Of a stretch of 64,000 nucleotides of DNA, positions 28,608-39,400 are shown piece by piece. Position 1 is the stretch's first letter. Each line of letters starts with the position of its first letter. The stretch comes from Planctomycetota bacterium. GTDB taxonomy: Bacteria; Planctomycetota; Planctomycetia; Pirellulales; UBA1268. Both the position numbers and the translations under genes were made by a program. The DNA is taken from assembly GCA_003669585.1 (NCBI GenBank), contig QWOQ01000005.1:458502-522501 (forward strand), in the 5' to 3' direction. Below the pieces are notes generated by a model, which saw only the letters and a program-made list of their open reading frames with translations, did not search any database and was not told the DNA's origin.

Positions 28608-31268
28608 TCACGCATCTTCCAATGAATCTTCGGCAATAATTCGTTCGAGTGATTGCCGAAGCTGATTGAGTTTTACAGGATCTATGACTTTGCTATTGAG
28701 TGTGTCGGTGACGTGGAATGCATCCACCACCTGATCGAGATACGTTCCAATTTTAGCGGCACGCACCGAAAGACCGGCCTCATAAATTGCCAGTGCAATG
28801 CGATAGAGCAGGCCGAGCGAATCGTGGGCAAAGACCTCAACAATTGTCGAGTGATCAGAACTTTCTTCATCAATCTTCACTCGCGGTGGAAGTCGATTTT
28901 GTGTGAGGTTCGGCGGCGTTAAAGCTTTCCACTGCTTTGGAAACGTGGGTGGTTTCTTGGACTCAAGCGAATTAAAAATCGCTTCCCGAATTGTTTCACA
29001 CCGTTCTGCGGAAGGCTGCCCTGAGAAATCTGGATCTTGAACCACAAAATGATCTAACACAAATCCATTTTTGAGTGTGTGAATATCTGCTGATAAAATT
29101 TCCAGTCGCTGACTTGTCAGTGCTCCAGTAAGCCTATGGAAAATACCTGTCGCAACGTTCTCTCGAGTGCCAACGGTAATTTTAAGCGTTGAGTTATCGA
29201 CATCCCACGACGTGGTGACAAATGATTTCGACTCAGCCAACCCTGCAAGCGCTTTGAGTTCTGCTACTAATCGTTCTGGCGCAGTGTCATGTAAATATGA
29301 GAGCGGAAGATTCTCAGACATCCTGAGCACCACTTGATCCGGTGGATCCTTCACAAGAAGATCTTCCACGACCTGTCGATTTCGCTGAGCCTTTCCAAAC
29401 GGGCTCTCTCCATCGAGGTATCCGAGTGCGCGAAAATAAAGTTCAGCCAAAAGATCGCTTTTCCAACGGTTCCATGTTCCTGGCCCGACCGCTGAAACAT
29501 CTGCAACCGTGAGAAGAGTCATCATCCGAAGAATCTCCGGTGAACCCACTTCAACGGCAAAACGAATGACCAAGCTGTCGTCGCCGGTATCACGACGAAA
29601 TGCCAGATGCGCCATAGCAAGATGCTTATGCACTAAATATTCAACAATCTCCTGCTCCGCAGCGGGGACGTGCAGTCGCGAGCAGACATCTCCCGCAATG
29701 CGAAGTCCCACCTCACTGTGATCCTCAATAAATCCCTTTCCGAGATCATGAATCAAAAGCGCTATCAAAAGTGGACGCTTTCGTTTTAATTCTCGCCACA
29801 CATCGCCGAGCCATCCCGGATCAGTCGCGCATTCAATTGCTTTTTCAACGGCGTGAATGCAATGTTCGTCTACGGTGTATTTGTGATAATTATTAAACTG
29901 CAGCAGATGTCTTGCATGTTCAAACTGTGGAATGATTATCTGTAAAAGTCCAATTTCATGCATTTTCCGAAGCGTATCGGCAAGCCTGTTCGATCCTCTC
30001 ATCAGTGAGAGAAACCGATCCGCCGATTGATCGTCGAGACGGCATGGCAGACTCGATACGGTAGATCGAATCGTTCTCCAAAGCATTCCATCGACAGGAC
30101 GATCGTAGATCAACGATAGTTCGAGTAGACGCAGAATTGACTGCAGACTCCCGGCGACTTGTGAGATCTGTCCAACGGCTGCCGCAATCCGATCTGGTCC
30201 AACGCAATAAATCCGTTCAACGCGATGCCCCACAATGGGAGTCAACCATCCCATAATTCTTCCTGACGGAAGACTGCGTTCGAGAAAGTATTCCAACACT
30301 TGCATCACATGCCGCGTGTGCAGGAAGTATTCCTGCATGAATCTCTCCACTCCTAATAATCCAGCCCGCGATGTAATACCTCTCTGCTGCGCGATGCGCA
30401 CCTGTTCCCCACGCGTCAGAACATCATTCGAACGGCCGGCCGACAGGTGAAGATCGATCCGTAAGGATGAGAGAAATTCATCCGCCGCGCGAAGCAGATC
30501 GGCATCTGATTTTGAAATGGCTCCTGAGAAAACAAGTTCCTCCATGGTCGACTCACCGAAGATCACAGCGCCAATCCAATGCACTAACTGAATATCGCGA
30601 AGAGCCCCCGGCGATCGTTTGATATTTGGCTCAAGGAGCGAGACTGTCTCACCAAATTGCATTCGCTCTTCAGTTCGTGCATGAATGATCTTCTGGGCGA
30701 GCATTCGCCGTCGACGACTTATCATCCTTGCATGCCGCTGCATAAGCCGCTCAAAGAGAACGGCATTGCCAGCGAGAAGACGGGCATCGAGCACACTACT
30801 GAGAATCGTTGCATCGCAAATCGACAAACGACATGCCTCTGACGACGTTCGCACGCTTTGACCAACCTGCAGTCCAGCATCAAAAAGATCTTGCACAAGC
30901 CGACGGGCAACTGTCGGCACAACATCCCCGCAAGCGCCATCGTGCAACACCATCAGATCGATGTCAGAAAAGGGCGCCATTTCTCGACGGCCGTAGCCAC
31001 CAAGAGCTACCAACGCGACTCGACCTTCGAGCAAATGCAACTGATACAGAGGAAGTTCATTGGTAATCGCTTTGTACACCGAGAGCACAATGCCATCGAT
31101 TAAATCGCTTTGGAGAGCAAACGTCTGCAACCCCTTGGCACCTGAGGCCGTTTGTGACGCGATTGTCTTGCGCGCTTCGGAAAGTTTGTCGGCTGCCAGC
31201 GTTATTCGATGCCTCGAATGAACGGCATTATCCTCGGAGGCCAGATGAGCGCTCGGGTCGGAAATCAT
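28608..31268 (-). CDS. glnD: [Protein-PII] uridylyltransferase / uridylyl-removing enzyme
   Basis: 886-aa ORF with the nucleotidyltransferase motif ALGGYGRREMAPFSDIDLMVL and the HD domain LIALLIHDLGKG. Two C-terminal ACT-like segments are present (TSWDVDNSTLKITVGTREN..., STIVEVFAHDSLGLLYRIALAIYEAGLSVRAAKI). Confidence 0.9.
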   Translation of the reverse strand: MISDPSAHLASEDNAVHSRHRITLAADKLSEARKTIASQTASGAKGLQTFALQSDLIDGIVLSVYKAITNELPLYQLHLLEGRVALVALGGYGRREMAPFSDIDLMVLHDGACGDVVPTVARRLVQDLFDAGLQVGQSVRTSSEACRLSICDATILSSVLDARLLAGNAVLFERLMQRHARMISRRRRMLAQKIIHARTEERMQFGETVSLLEPNIKRSPGALRDIQLVHWIGAVIFGESTMEELVFSGAISKSDADLLRAADEFLSSLRIDLHLSAGRSNDVLTRGEQVRIAQQRGITSRAGLLGVERFMQEYFLHTRHVMQVLEYFLERSLPSGRIMGWLTPIVGHRVERIYCVGPDRIAAAVGQISQVAGSLQSILRLLELSLIYDRPVDGMLWRTIRSTVSSLPCRLDDQSADRFLSLMRGSNRLADTLRKMHEIGLLQIIIPQFEHARHLLQFNNYHKYTVDEHCIHAVEKAIECATDPGWLGDVWRELKRKRPLLIALLIHDLGKGFIEDHSEVGLRIAGDVCSRLHVPAAEQEIVEYLVHKHLAMAHLAFRRDTGDDSLVIRFAVEVGSPEILRMMTLLTVADVSAVGPGTWNRWKSDLLAELYFRALGYLDGESPFGKAQRNRQVVEDLLVKDPPDQVVLRMSENLPLSYLHDTAPERLVAELKALAGLAESKSFVTTSWDVDNSTLKITVGTRENVATGIFHRLTGALTSQRLEILSADIHTLKNGFVLDHFVVQDPDFSGQPSAERCETIREAIFNSLESKKPPTFPKQWKALTPPNLTQNRLPPRVKIDEESSDHSTIVEVFAHDSLGLLYRIALAIYEAGLSVRAAKIGTYLDQVVDAFHVTDTLNSKVIDPVKLNQLRQSLERIIAEDSLEDA

Positions 31269-31329
31269 GTGGAACGTTGGCCCTTCACAAAGGATCGCCT
31301 TTGCTATTCAAGCGACTTACCTCCATCGG

Positions 31330-31869
31330 TCACGACGGATGCCATTGGTCGTCTGCGACACTGAAATCCTTATTTGTAAATCTGGCGAGCACAAAAAGAA
31401 GATCTCCCAGTCGATTGAGATATTCGATTGCACTCAATGGAATCGTGGTATGCGACTGAGATGCAAGTGTCACCACACGACGTTCCGCTCGGCGACAGAC
31501 CGTTCGAGCAACGTGCAACGAAGCAGCCGCCAGAGTTCCCGCAGGAAGAATAAAACAGTCCAGTGGAGAGAGACCGGATTCGTGCAGATCAATTGCTTTT
31601 TCAAGTGCCGTAATATGGCGACGTTCTATTCGCTCACTTTTTGAATCGGGCGTTGCCAACTGCGCACCAAGGTCAAACAGTTCGCACTGAATACGTCTCA
31701 GCAGGGCATCACAATCCTTCGGCAAGGAGTATGTTCTTACAAGCCCCAGATGACTATTGAGTTCATCCACAGTTCCGAAGGCTTCGATCCTTGCATGATC
31801 TTTTCGAACCCGCGGGCCGCCGAAAAGTCCCGTATCACCGGTATCTCCTGTTTTTGTGTAGATTTTCAT
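31330..31869 (-). CDS. ATP:cob(I)alamin adenosyltransferase, PduO/MMAB type
   Basis: 179-aa ORF starting MKIYTKTGDTGDTGLFGGPRVRKDHARIEAFGTVDELNSHLG, the hallmark N-terminus of PduO-type adenosyltransferases. Confidence 0.9.
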   Translation of the reverse strand: MKIYTKTGDTGDTGLFGGPRVRKDHARIEAFGTVDELNSHLGLVRTYSLPKDCDALLRRIQCELFDLGAQLATPDSKSERIERRHITALEKAIDLHESGLSPLDCFILPAGTLAAASLHVARTVCRRAERRVVTLASQSHTTIPLSAIEYLNRLGDLLFVLARFTNKDFSVADDQWHPS

Positions 31870-32182
31870 ACTTCAATTATCCCCAGAAAATTCGCACAAG
31901 GACCACGCCGGCTCGTCTTAGTCTTATACACTTTCATTGCGTTTCCCATCGTTCACCGGTACTCGCCCAGACTTCTCGAACAATTACTTTTTTCAAGTTC
32001 CTGTGGTTCGAGCCACTTCAGTTCAAAAGCGATTCATCCTATTTGCAAAAAAACCGTCTGCCTGCAAAAACATTGAACATTCCGACGAGGGTACCAATTT
32101 CGTGACTCCCTCAATTTATATCCGACACACGGTTGCTCTCTCTTTTCAAGAATTTTTACGCTCTCTTGTCAATCTGATTCCC

Positions 32183-33364
32183 ATGAAAAAAACAACACAT
32201 AGAACTCCGACTCGAAGTGATCGATCGATTGTCCAACTCGTCGCTCACTGTGCGTGCATTCTGGCGATCGTCTTGATCACGTCGAGGGGTGTTCTTGAAG
32301 CCGCAGATGATCAAAAACAGTCTGAGCTTGAGGCCAGTTACTTTTCGCCACCCATTCAAGTCACACAGGGTCTCACCAAAGCTGGTGAGGGGTATTTCTC
32401 ACCAGACTCTACGCGCATCTGCTATCAGGGAGTTCCTCAAGGATATCCGTTTTATCAAATTTTTACACAGCCATTTGACATGCAATCGCCGCAGCCCACT
32501 TCGGCGCAGCGAATCAGTCCGGGCCGTGGACGAACCACATGCAGCTTCTTTTCTCCAGACAATCAAAAACTTCTTTTTGCCTCAAGTCACCTCGATCCGA
32601 ATATGCAACAGACAGAAGACGCTGCAATCAAACAGGCGAAAGAGGATGCGCAGTCAGGTCGTCGCAGAAGATACCAATGGGATTTCGATCCTTACTCTGA
32701 TATTTTTGCATTTGACTTTGATTCCAAATCTTTGACGCGTCTCACAAACGCTCCAGGTTATGACGCTGAATGCTCTTTTTCCGCAGATGGAAAGACCATT
32801 GTGTTTGTCAGCGATCGCGATGGCGATCCAGACATCTTCTTGATGAATGCCGACGGCTCTGGCGTTCGACAGCTAACCAATGTGCCGGGATACGATGGAG
32901 GTCCTTTTTTCTCGCCTAACGGAAAATGGATTACGTTTCGCTCTGATCGAATTGAAAAAGATATGCTGCACATCCATGTCATGCGATCCGACGGGGAAGG
33001 GGATCAAGCCCTCACTGATGGAAAATCAGTTCAGTGGGCTCCCTTCTGGCATCCTACAAAGCCGTGGATGATCTGGACCGGTGCGGATCACTCCGATCCT
33101 GAAAAACGTCCCAACTACGATCTTTATCTCATGCGGTATTCTGTGGATGGTGACAATTTCATTCCAGGGCCCACGATCCGCATGACGGATCACCCCGGAG
33201 CCGACGTGTTACCGGTGTTTTCTCCCGATGGAAATCACTTGATGTGGACTGCTAGCCGCAGCAGTGAGCGAGTTAGCCAACTCTGGTTCTCGACAATAAA
33301 TCTTGATGCCCTTGAACTCTCTCTCAACCGAGCAGCCGCTTTATCGCTCCCCCAGCAACAATGA
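32183..33364 (+). CDS. Exported TolB-like beta-propeller (PD40 repeat) protein
   Basis: 393 aa from the ATG at 32183, with a signal/anchor (LVAHCACILAIVLITSRGVLEA). PD40-type motifs repeat: YFSPDSTRICY, FFSPDNQKLLFAS, SFSADGKTIVFVSDRDGDPDIFLMNADGSGVRQLT, FFSPNGKWITFRSDR, VFSPDGNHLMWTASR. Confidence 0.8.
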   Translation: MKKTTHRTPTRSDRSIVQLVAHCACILAIVLITSRGVLEAADDQKQSELEASYFSPPIQVTQGLTKAGEGYFSPDSTRICYQGVPQGYPFYQIFTQPFDMQSPQPTSAQRISPGRGRTTCSFFSPDNQKLLFASSHLDPNMQQTEDAAIKQAKEDAQSGRRRRYQWDFDPYSDIFAFDFDSKSLTRLTNAPGYDAECSFSADGKTIVFVSDRDGDPDIFLMNADGSGVRQLTNVPGYDGGPFFSPNGKWITFRSDRIEKDMLHIHVMRSDGEGDQALTDGKSVQWAPFWHPTKPWMIWTGADHSDPEKRPNYDLYLMRYSVDGDNFIPGPTIRMTDHPGADVLPVFSPDGNHLMWTASRSSERVSQLWFSTINLDALELSLNRAAALSLPQQQ

Positions 33365-33556
33365 TTTCTTCAACGTCTCCATCGTTTGTTTGTATTTGTT
33401 CTCTGCGAGAGACACAACTCTCAATTTGCATTCGTACCAGAACGCCTCTAGTCTTCGCAGATCCTTCGATAACTCTGTTTGATGTTTGCCGACGGTGAGT
33501 CGATTGTTTTCCACCTGTTAAAAAAGTTTGTTTGATTGCGCGAGGCCCATCTTGTT

Positions 33557-34387
33557 ATGACCAGCAGACATCTCAAAATTGGTTTTCTAGGCGGTGGCCA
33601 GATGGCAATGGCACTCGCGGAGGGATTTTGCCGTTCCGGTCTTGTCCGTTCCGAGCAAATCATTGCTTATGATCCTCAGCCTGTCGCAACCACACGACTT
33701 GCGGAGAGAATTCCAGGAATCCGCATCGCTGACAACAACCTTTCGGCAATTCAAGGAGTCGACCTTGCCTTTCTTGCCGTCAAGCCGCAGCAGGCCTCTG
33801 TTGCGTGCAGTGATGTATTCGGAACGCTCGGTGAAGGATGCACGCTTGTTTCGATTGTGGCAGGCCTTTCAATCGCCTCGCTTGAAAAACTTTCTGGCTC
33901 TCCTCGAGTGGTGAGAGTCATGCCCAACACTCCTTGTCTTGTCGGCAAAGGGACGACCGTCGTGTGCCGCAGCAATGCTGTTACGAACGAAACACTTACA
34001 ACTGTTAACGACTTACTCCGTTCGGTCGGAACCGTCCATGAGGCTGCAGAAAGCCTGCTCGATGCGGTTACAGGGCTTTCCGGATCGGGCCCCGGATTTC
34101 TTGCGATCATCGTGGAGGCCTTGGCCGACGGAGGTGTTCGAGCAGGTCTACCCCGCGAACTTGCATGGTCACTTGCGATTGAGACGTTTGAGGGCACAGC
34201 TGCTTTCTTAAGAATCACCGGCGAGCACCCTGCACAACTCAAAGACCGTGTAGCAAGTCCTGGTGGAACCACAATCACAGGGCTGGCAGTTCTCGAACAG
34301 GCCGGAGTTCGTGGAGCCATCATGGATGCGGTCACGTCGGCTGCTCGGCGATCTGCCGAACTTGGACAGGCTGCAACTCGTTCTTAG
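33557..34387 (+). CDS. proC: Pyrroline-5-carboxylate reductase
   Basis: 276 aa from the ATG at 33557. NADP motif IGFLGGGQMA, plus RVMPNTPCLVG and SPGGTTI. Confidence 0.92.
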   Translation: MTSRHLKIGFLGGGQMAMALAEGFCRSGLVRSEQIIAYDPQPVATTRLAERIPGIRIADNNLSAIQGVDLAFLAVKPQQASVACSDVFGTLGEGCTLVSIVAGLSIASLEKLSGSPRVVRVMPNTPCLVGKGTTVVCRSNAVTNETLTTVNDLLRSVGTVHEAAESLLDAVTGLSGSGPGFLAIIVEALADGGVRAGLPRELAWSLAIETFEGTAAFLRITGEHPAQLKDRVASPGGTTITGLAVLEQAGVRGAIMDAVTSAARRSAELGQAATRS

Positions 34388-34454
34388 ATCCTCGTTGTCC
34401 TGAATAATCAACTCTTTCAAAGATCAGAATTCAACCGAAACAGGAGCATGCACG

Positions 34455-34946
34455 ATGACACTTTTTGAAGATTCCCATTTTAAGTGGAGAGAAACCTACT
34501 TCGTCGCCTTTGATCAAAAGCGACGGCCAACGGTTGAACAGATGCGATGCGCCCTCGAAGCTGTCGACGAACATTTTTTAATAGATCATGTCCACGGAGA
34601 CGCCGACGGGAGATTTGAATCACTCACATGCCGTTCACCGTCAGATCATGCGGCATTGGATATTTCATACGAGGATGACTCGGATATCCGTGAACAGAAT
34701 GCGCAAATCGCGATTGAGATTGGATCGACCATTTCCACCACAGAGGATCGGAAAAAAATTGATCTGCTTGGAAAGCTCGACGCTCGTTTCGACGTTCTGC
34801 ACTTCGAGGAGATCGAAGTAGAATCAGACGAAGAGGAATCGACCGATGAAATACTCGACCCAACTGCATTGATTGCGGTACTCGAGCAACTCGTAAAACT
34901 CACCGGGGGAATAGGCGTTGACCCCCAGTCCGGAACGATTGTCTGA
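34455..34946 (+). CDS. Acidic hypothetical protein
   Basis: 163-aa ORF with ordinary composition and an acidic C-terminal half (EEIEVESDEEESTDEILDP). No motif recognised. Confidence 0.55.
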   Translation: MTLFEDSHFKWRETYFVAFDQKRRPTVEQMRCALEAVDEHFLIDHVHGDADGRFESLTCRSPSDHAALDISYEDDSDIREQNAQIAIEIGSTISTTEDRKKIDLLGKLDARFDVLHFEEIEVESDEEESTDEILDPTALIAVLEQLVKLTGGIGVDPQSGTIV

Positions 34947-34978
34947 TCGCGGTTGCTGCCTTCGGCTTCAGAGCAGAA

Positions 34979-35251
34979 CTACCGCTTTGATTTTTTTTTG
35001 ACCACAGGGGCTTTGACCACAGGGGCTTTGACCACAGGGGCCGCCTTGACCGCAGGAGCCGCCTTGACCGCAGGAGCCGCCTTGACCGCAGGAGCCTTGA
35101 CCGCAGGAGCCTTGACCGCAGGGGCCTTTGCTTGAGTGAGTGGCTTGCCCGTCTTGGGTTTTGCAGCCGCGGCTTTTTTCTTTGCGCGGCCGAATGCCAT
35201 TTCCCAACCTTCTGAATATTCCTTGTTAGTTCCGACTCGAATAAGGGACAC
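34979..35251 (-). CDS. Small basic histone-H1-like repeat protein (Lys/Ala/Pro-rich)
   Basis: 90 codons from the GVG at 35249-35251... more exactly GTG at 35249-35251, or 73 from the ATG at 35198-35200. The product is SLIRVGTNKEYSEGWEMAFGRAKKKAAAAKPKTGKPLTQA, then KAPAV x3, KAAPAV x2, KAAPVV, KAPVV x2, then KKKSKR. The repeat frame is the only one of the three overlapping track ORFs with a non-repeat, protein-like N-terminus. Confidence 0.65.
   Translation of the reverse strand: MSLIRVGTNKEYSEGWEMAFGRAKKKAAAAKPKTGKPLTQAKAPAVKAPAVKAPAVKAAPAVKAAPAVKAAPVVKAPVVKAPVVKKKSKR
35000..35128. repeat. In-frame tandem repeat of eight 15/18-bp units (5-5-5-6-6-6-5-5 codons) inside the H1-like gene
   Basis: The + strand reads GACCACAGGGGCTTT x3, GACCGCAGGAGCCGCCTT x3-like, then GACCGCAGGAGCCTT x2-3. 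A T9 run follows directly (34991-34999, which is AAA AAA AAA = KKK on the coding strand). Confidence 0.9.
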
Positions 35252-35486
35252 GTCGATTCTCCTTTAAAAAAAACGGGCGATGTTCATCACCATCGGCCAC
35301 TTCCTCTTCCGAAAGAGAAAGATGTGGCAGAGGTACGATATTTGATCCATGCGGCTTGCGCCACGCAGAGAATTGTGCTGCGTCTGCTGCAGTCACACTC
35401 TATTTCTGTGTTGTTCGTAGCGACAAAAGTCCATTGCGTCAAGCGGTGACCTTCTCTCGAGACTCTCAAGGATATGTCTTGCAACG

Positions 35487-35900
35487 TCAACCCGGGAGCG
35501 GAAAACAATCTTTGCCGAATTCATAAATTTCCAGAAAAATTCGCCCCACTTCTGCAGGCAGGTCTTGCCGTGATTGTTTCTTGAATTTTTCCTGCACGGT
35601 GCCCTGATTTTCACCCATATTTGAGCCGCTTGGAACTACCATAAGCTCATTGCGTTCCCGCAGAAAAAGGGTGACATCCTGGCGCCAGACTCCCGGGCCA
35701 CAGGAAAGCAGGCTCAAATCGAAGTTATTGAGAACGACTCTCCGAGGCACCCGGTTTGATTCGATAAGAAAGCTCACTTGATGGCGCGGACCTATTCCGC
35801 TCGGGTTTCCAAATCGTCGTCTCCAGCAGGCGTCTGTTGCCTCGCCCTGTGTAATTCGTTCCCACACTGCATTTAAAGATATTCGATGGACGCCACTCAC
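35487..35900 (-). CDS. Hypothetical small protein with a jelly-roll / galactose-binding-like pattern
   Basis: 137-aa ORF. The pattern W..RF..P...(HQVSFLIES)...RRVVLNNFDL...WRQDVTLFLRERNELMVV...GRIFLEIYE resembles the strand order of sugar-binding jelly-roll domains. This is a by-eye call only. Confidence 0.45.
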   Translation of the reverse strand: MSGVHRISLNAVWERITQGEATDACWRRRFGNPSGIGPRHQVSFLIESNRVPRRVVLNNFDLSLLSCGPGVWRQDVTLFLRERNELMVVPSGSNMGENQGTVQEKFKKQSRQDLPAEVGRIFLEIYEFGKDCFPLPG

Positions 35901-36029
35901 AGAAAAAATCCTCGTACGCGGGGAGCAATGGAAACTCTCATTTGACTTTGTATACTTCGGCGGACAAATTTCGTGAGATTATTTTCGAATTGCGTAGTCC
36001 TTCGTGTCACCCTTCGTTGGAGATGAATA

Positions 36030-36359
36030 ATGGGAAGTGCCCTTGAGTTTACTGATGCCAATTTTCAACAAGAAGTTCTCGATTCACCTGTACCAGTACT
36101 TGTCGATTTCTGGGCTCCTTGGTGTGGCCCGTGTCGCATGATTGGCCCGACCATCGAAGAACTTTGTAATGAAAATCAAGGAACGTTTCGAATTGGCAAA
36201 GTCAATGTTGACGAGAACAACGGTGTAGCCATGAAGTACAACGTCTCAAGCATTCCTACGATTATGATTTTCAACAAGGGGCAGATGGTCAATCAGCTCA
36301 TGGGAGTGCAGCAGAAGGCTCGGCTTCAGTCGGCACTCGATGAAACAAAGTCGGCTTAA
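36030..36359 (+). CDS. trxA: Thioredoxin
   Basis: 109-aa ORF with the active site WAPWCGPCR and a typical thioredoxin length and fold pattern (VLVDFWA...IPTIMIF). Confidence 0.95.
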   Translation: MGSALEFTDANFQQEVLDSPVPVLVDFWAPWCGPCRMIGPTIEELCNENQGTFRIGKVNVDENNGVAMKYNVSSIPTIMIFNKGQMVNQLMGVQQKARLQSALDETKSA

Positions 36360-36458
36360 TTCGGCAGGGCGGTGGCATTGATGTTTTTGCGACTTTGAAA
36401 CATTCATGCCTCAGTCATTCTGATGACCCGAAGCTCTAGAAAAATTGATCTTCTTCGA

Positions 36459-39400
36459 TTATTTCAGATTCGTACGGGCCACACGAAAGCCGTTGAAGAG
36501 GTATTTATCCGTCGGCGCGACGAGGTTGTCCCGGTAGGCACATTGCACAAAATGCGGTAGGCCGTTGAATGAGCCGCCACGCAACACACGGCTATCGTTG
36601 TCGTTTATCGTTTCGGCATCCTCTTGGTCCACTTTTACGGCGGGATTATATTTATTCTGACACCACTCATAGACATTGCCGTGCATGTCAAACAATCCCA
36701 AATCATTTGCTTTTAACGTCCCCACAGGATGACTTTGACTATCTGCGTTACTGACAATCCAACCATACTTGCCGAGCACTTCTTCCGAGTCACCAAATGA
36801 AAAATCGGTGGCGGCATCAGCCCGACAGGCATATTCCCATTCCACTTCGGTCGGCAGACGATAGCCGGTTCTATGAATACAATCCGCAGGTATTGTCATG
36901 CCCTCTGTGTAGAGATCATCCTTATTCGGCTCGTAGCACCACTGCTCTTTCGGTAACCCTTCCTGTTCACTGAGCCAGTTGCAATACTCCACTGCGTCGT
37001 ACCAGCTCACACTTATTATCGGGCAGTCGCCGGTGGGAGCATAGGTTTTGTCGACATTGAAACCCTTCTTGAATTGGGAAAACTGATCCACCGTCACTTC
37101 TTTGGAGGCAATCGCGAAATCCCAGTCGATCCGAACCTGCCGCTTACTATCATTATCTCCAATAAGAAACTCACCCGGCTTGGTGATCACAACCATCGTT
37201 TGCCCTTGTCGATTGAGATACCACTGCCGTTTCTCCTGTATTTGTCCGGTCGCTAATTCCTTATCGATAGCCTTGGTTTTCTCCGACATTTGCCACTGAC
37301 TCAGCAGCCATTCGGCGGCTGAGTGTATCCCCGGATCAGGGTCATCCCGGTAAAGTTGCAACAACAGTTGCAACTGATTCAATCGCAGGTCAGCCGACAG
37401 ACTCCGTAAATCATATTCCCCCAAGCTCAACAAAATCGCTCTTTTTATGGAGACGTCTTGCTCCTTCTGCAGCCTAGCGAGGAAGACTTTTGGATCGACC
37501 CCCATCGGCTGACATCGGTCAATCAAAAAGCTTCGCAGCGTCGGGTCGGGGCTATGCTTGAACAGTAACCACACTTTCTCGGACTGCGTCATCAAAAGAA
37601 GAGCCGTTCCAATAAAGGCACTCTCTTTTGTCAATAGGATCCTACTATTTTTCGACATATCTGGCTCAGTCTTCTGGGTCAACTCAGTCAACCGGTTTTC
37701 CAGTCCGACATAAGCCTCGGGATTGTCGACGGCAAGTTTGCCATAGAGCATGGCAACTACACTTCGTTTCAATACGCTGCGTTTCTCATCCATCAGCATG
37801 TCAGCGAGCGGTGGAAACAAGTAGTCTCTCCCACCCAATAAAGCATCCAACCATTGGAGGACCATATATGACTTCTGCTCGACCAGAATCGCCGCCACGT
37901 CCCCACTGACTTTTTCCCAGCGAGGATCCGAGAGAGCAAACACCGACAACGCGCAGGCCGCACGAAGGCGCTGGTCTTCTTTATTTTCAGATTTTTCCAG
38001 CAATTTCCACAATCGCTCTATCAACTCAGCCTTGTGAGGGAACAACGCCTTTCGAATTACGTCCAATTCTTCTGGCTCGGCCTGAAGCAGTCGCTCATAC
38101 AGATACTCCACCTGTGCAGGATCCACCGGCAACAAGGCAAGGCTTGAGTGTAATTGCTTGCGAGGGTCGTTCTCATTCTTCGATTGGGCATAGTCCTCAT
38201 GTAAAAGAGGATCGACCCACCGGCGAAATGGCGACATGTGTGTGATGATCCCCGGCACGTCGGCGATCGTCGATACCTGCAAGCGATTTCGAAGCTGCAA
38301 ACTCTGCAAGCGACCATGGACTTCCCAACTTCCTAAGCCGATTACGATTAAAATCAAGGCAACGGCCATCCCCCGCATTGCATAATACTTTCTCGCTTTT
38401 CGCATCATCCTCCGCTGCGGCAGTGTCCGGCTCTTTTTTTTCGTGTACCACTTGATCTCGAACCACTGCAAGAGCGAGGGGAGTTGCCGATTTTCAGGAC
38501 GAGCATTCCAGACACCCGATCGATCCTCAAGCAACAATTCGGCACGACCACGATGAGTCTCTTTTTGCTTGCGAGTGAGCCAGTCTCGCAACGACGGCAC
38601 CAGAAAATCGTGCGTGAGTTGATAGTATTTTTTATCTGAAGCTCGCTCGCTTTTTTGATTCTGTTCGTCCACACCATCTGGGTCTGTCGGAGTAATGAGA
38701 CGAATTTCACTATCCAAAATATGAATCAGATCATCAAAATCTTTTGGTTGATCTGCATATCCAGACGCATGGAGCAACTCATCATGAGTCTTCATGTATC
38801 CTTTGATGAGTGTGCCAGACTCTGGAAGGAGCGCACGCAAAACGCTTCGAACTGCTTTCTGGTGATAGCGATGTTCTGGTGGAGCGGTTGGAGCACTGAA
38901 GGTTTCTTCCAGAAACGTAATATCAACACCCTCAGTTCCGCCAACTTCTTTCAGTACTGCAGGCGTCCAGTCTCGACTCTTCATTATCTCTGCAAAAAGA
39001 GCCAGTCGCACCGACATCACTTTTCCTCCTTGCGACAAACCCCGAATCGCCTGTTGAAGAAACTCTTTTTGTTCTTTCGTTTTTTCTCCAGCGTTTTCAG
39101 AAATTGTTCCGAATGCTCGTCCAAATGCAGTCAGCACTTTTGTGGCGTGATGCGTGTCAAAGAGCTCCACTGCCGATGAATTCTGCCCCTCTACAATTTT
39201 TTCTTCCAAGTCTTTCATGAATCTGGTTGCCGCCATCCAGAAATCATCCCGCACCATCACGATACATTGCACATTCCTGCCGTTGCAGTGTCGTAGAACC
39301 TGCACGAGTTCTGTGTTGTGCTCTTCTTTCCTGGCGTGCAGCCACTGCTCGAATTGATCTAAAACGATTAAAAGTTTTCTTCCCGATGGAACGTATTGAC

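Noticed and set aside
33751-34335. 194-aa minus-strand ORF antisense to proC
   Set aside because: It lies entirely inside a well-supported proC CDS. Its Ala/Pro/Ser/Arg-rich low-complexity product is typical of a shadow ORF on the opposite strand of a GC-biased gene.
35000-35128. Possible CRISPR-like array
   Set aside because: The units are contiguous, 15/18 bp long and in frame, with no unique spacers and no nearby cas genes. This is a coding tandem repeat.
34953-35207. Track ORFs reading the tandem repeat as GALTTGALTT... (plus strand) or GSCGQGSCGQG... (minus strand)
   Set aside because: These are alternative frames of the same 15/18-bp repeat. Only the KAPAV frame continues into a non-repetitive N-terminus with a plausible start and a basic C-terminal end.
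35287-35614. Overlapping minus-strand ORFs in three frames, considered as a frameshifted pseudogene
   Set aside because: The 137-aa ORF (35487-35900) appears complete on its own, since its jelly-roll-like pattern ends ...GRIFLEIYE. The downstream fragments carry no recognisable continuation.
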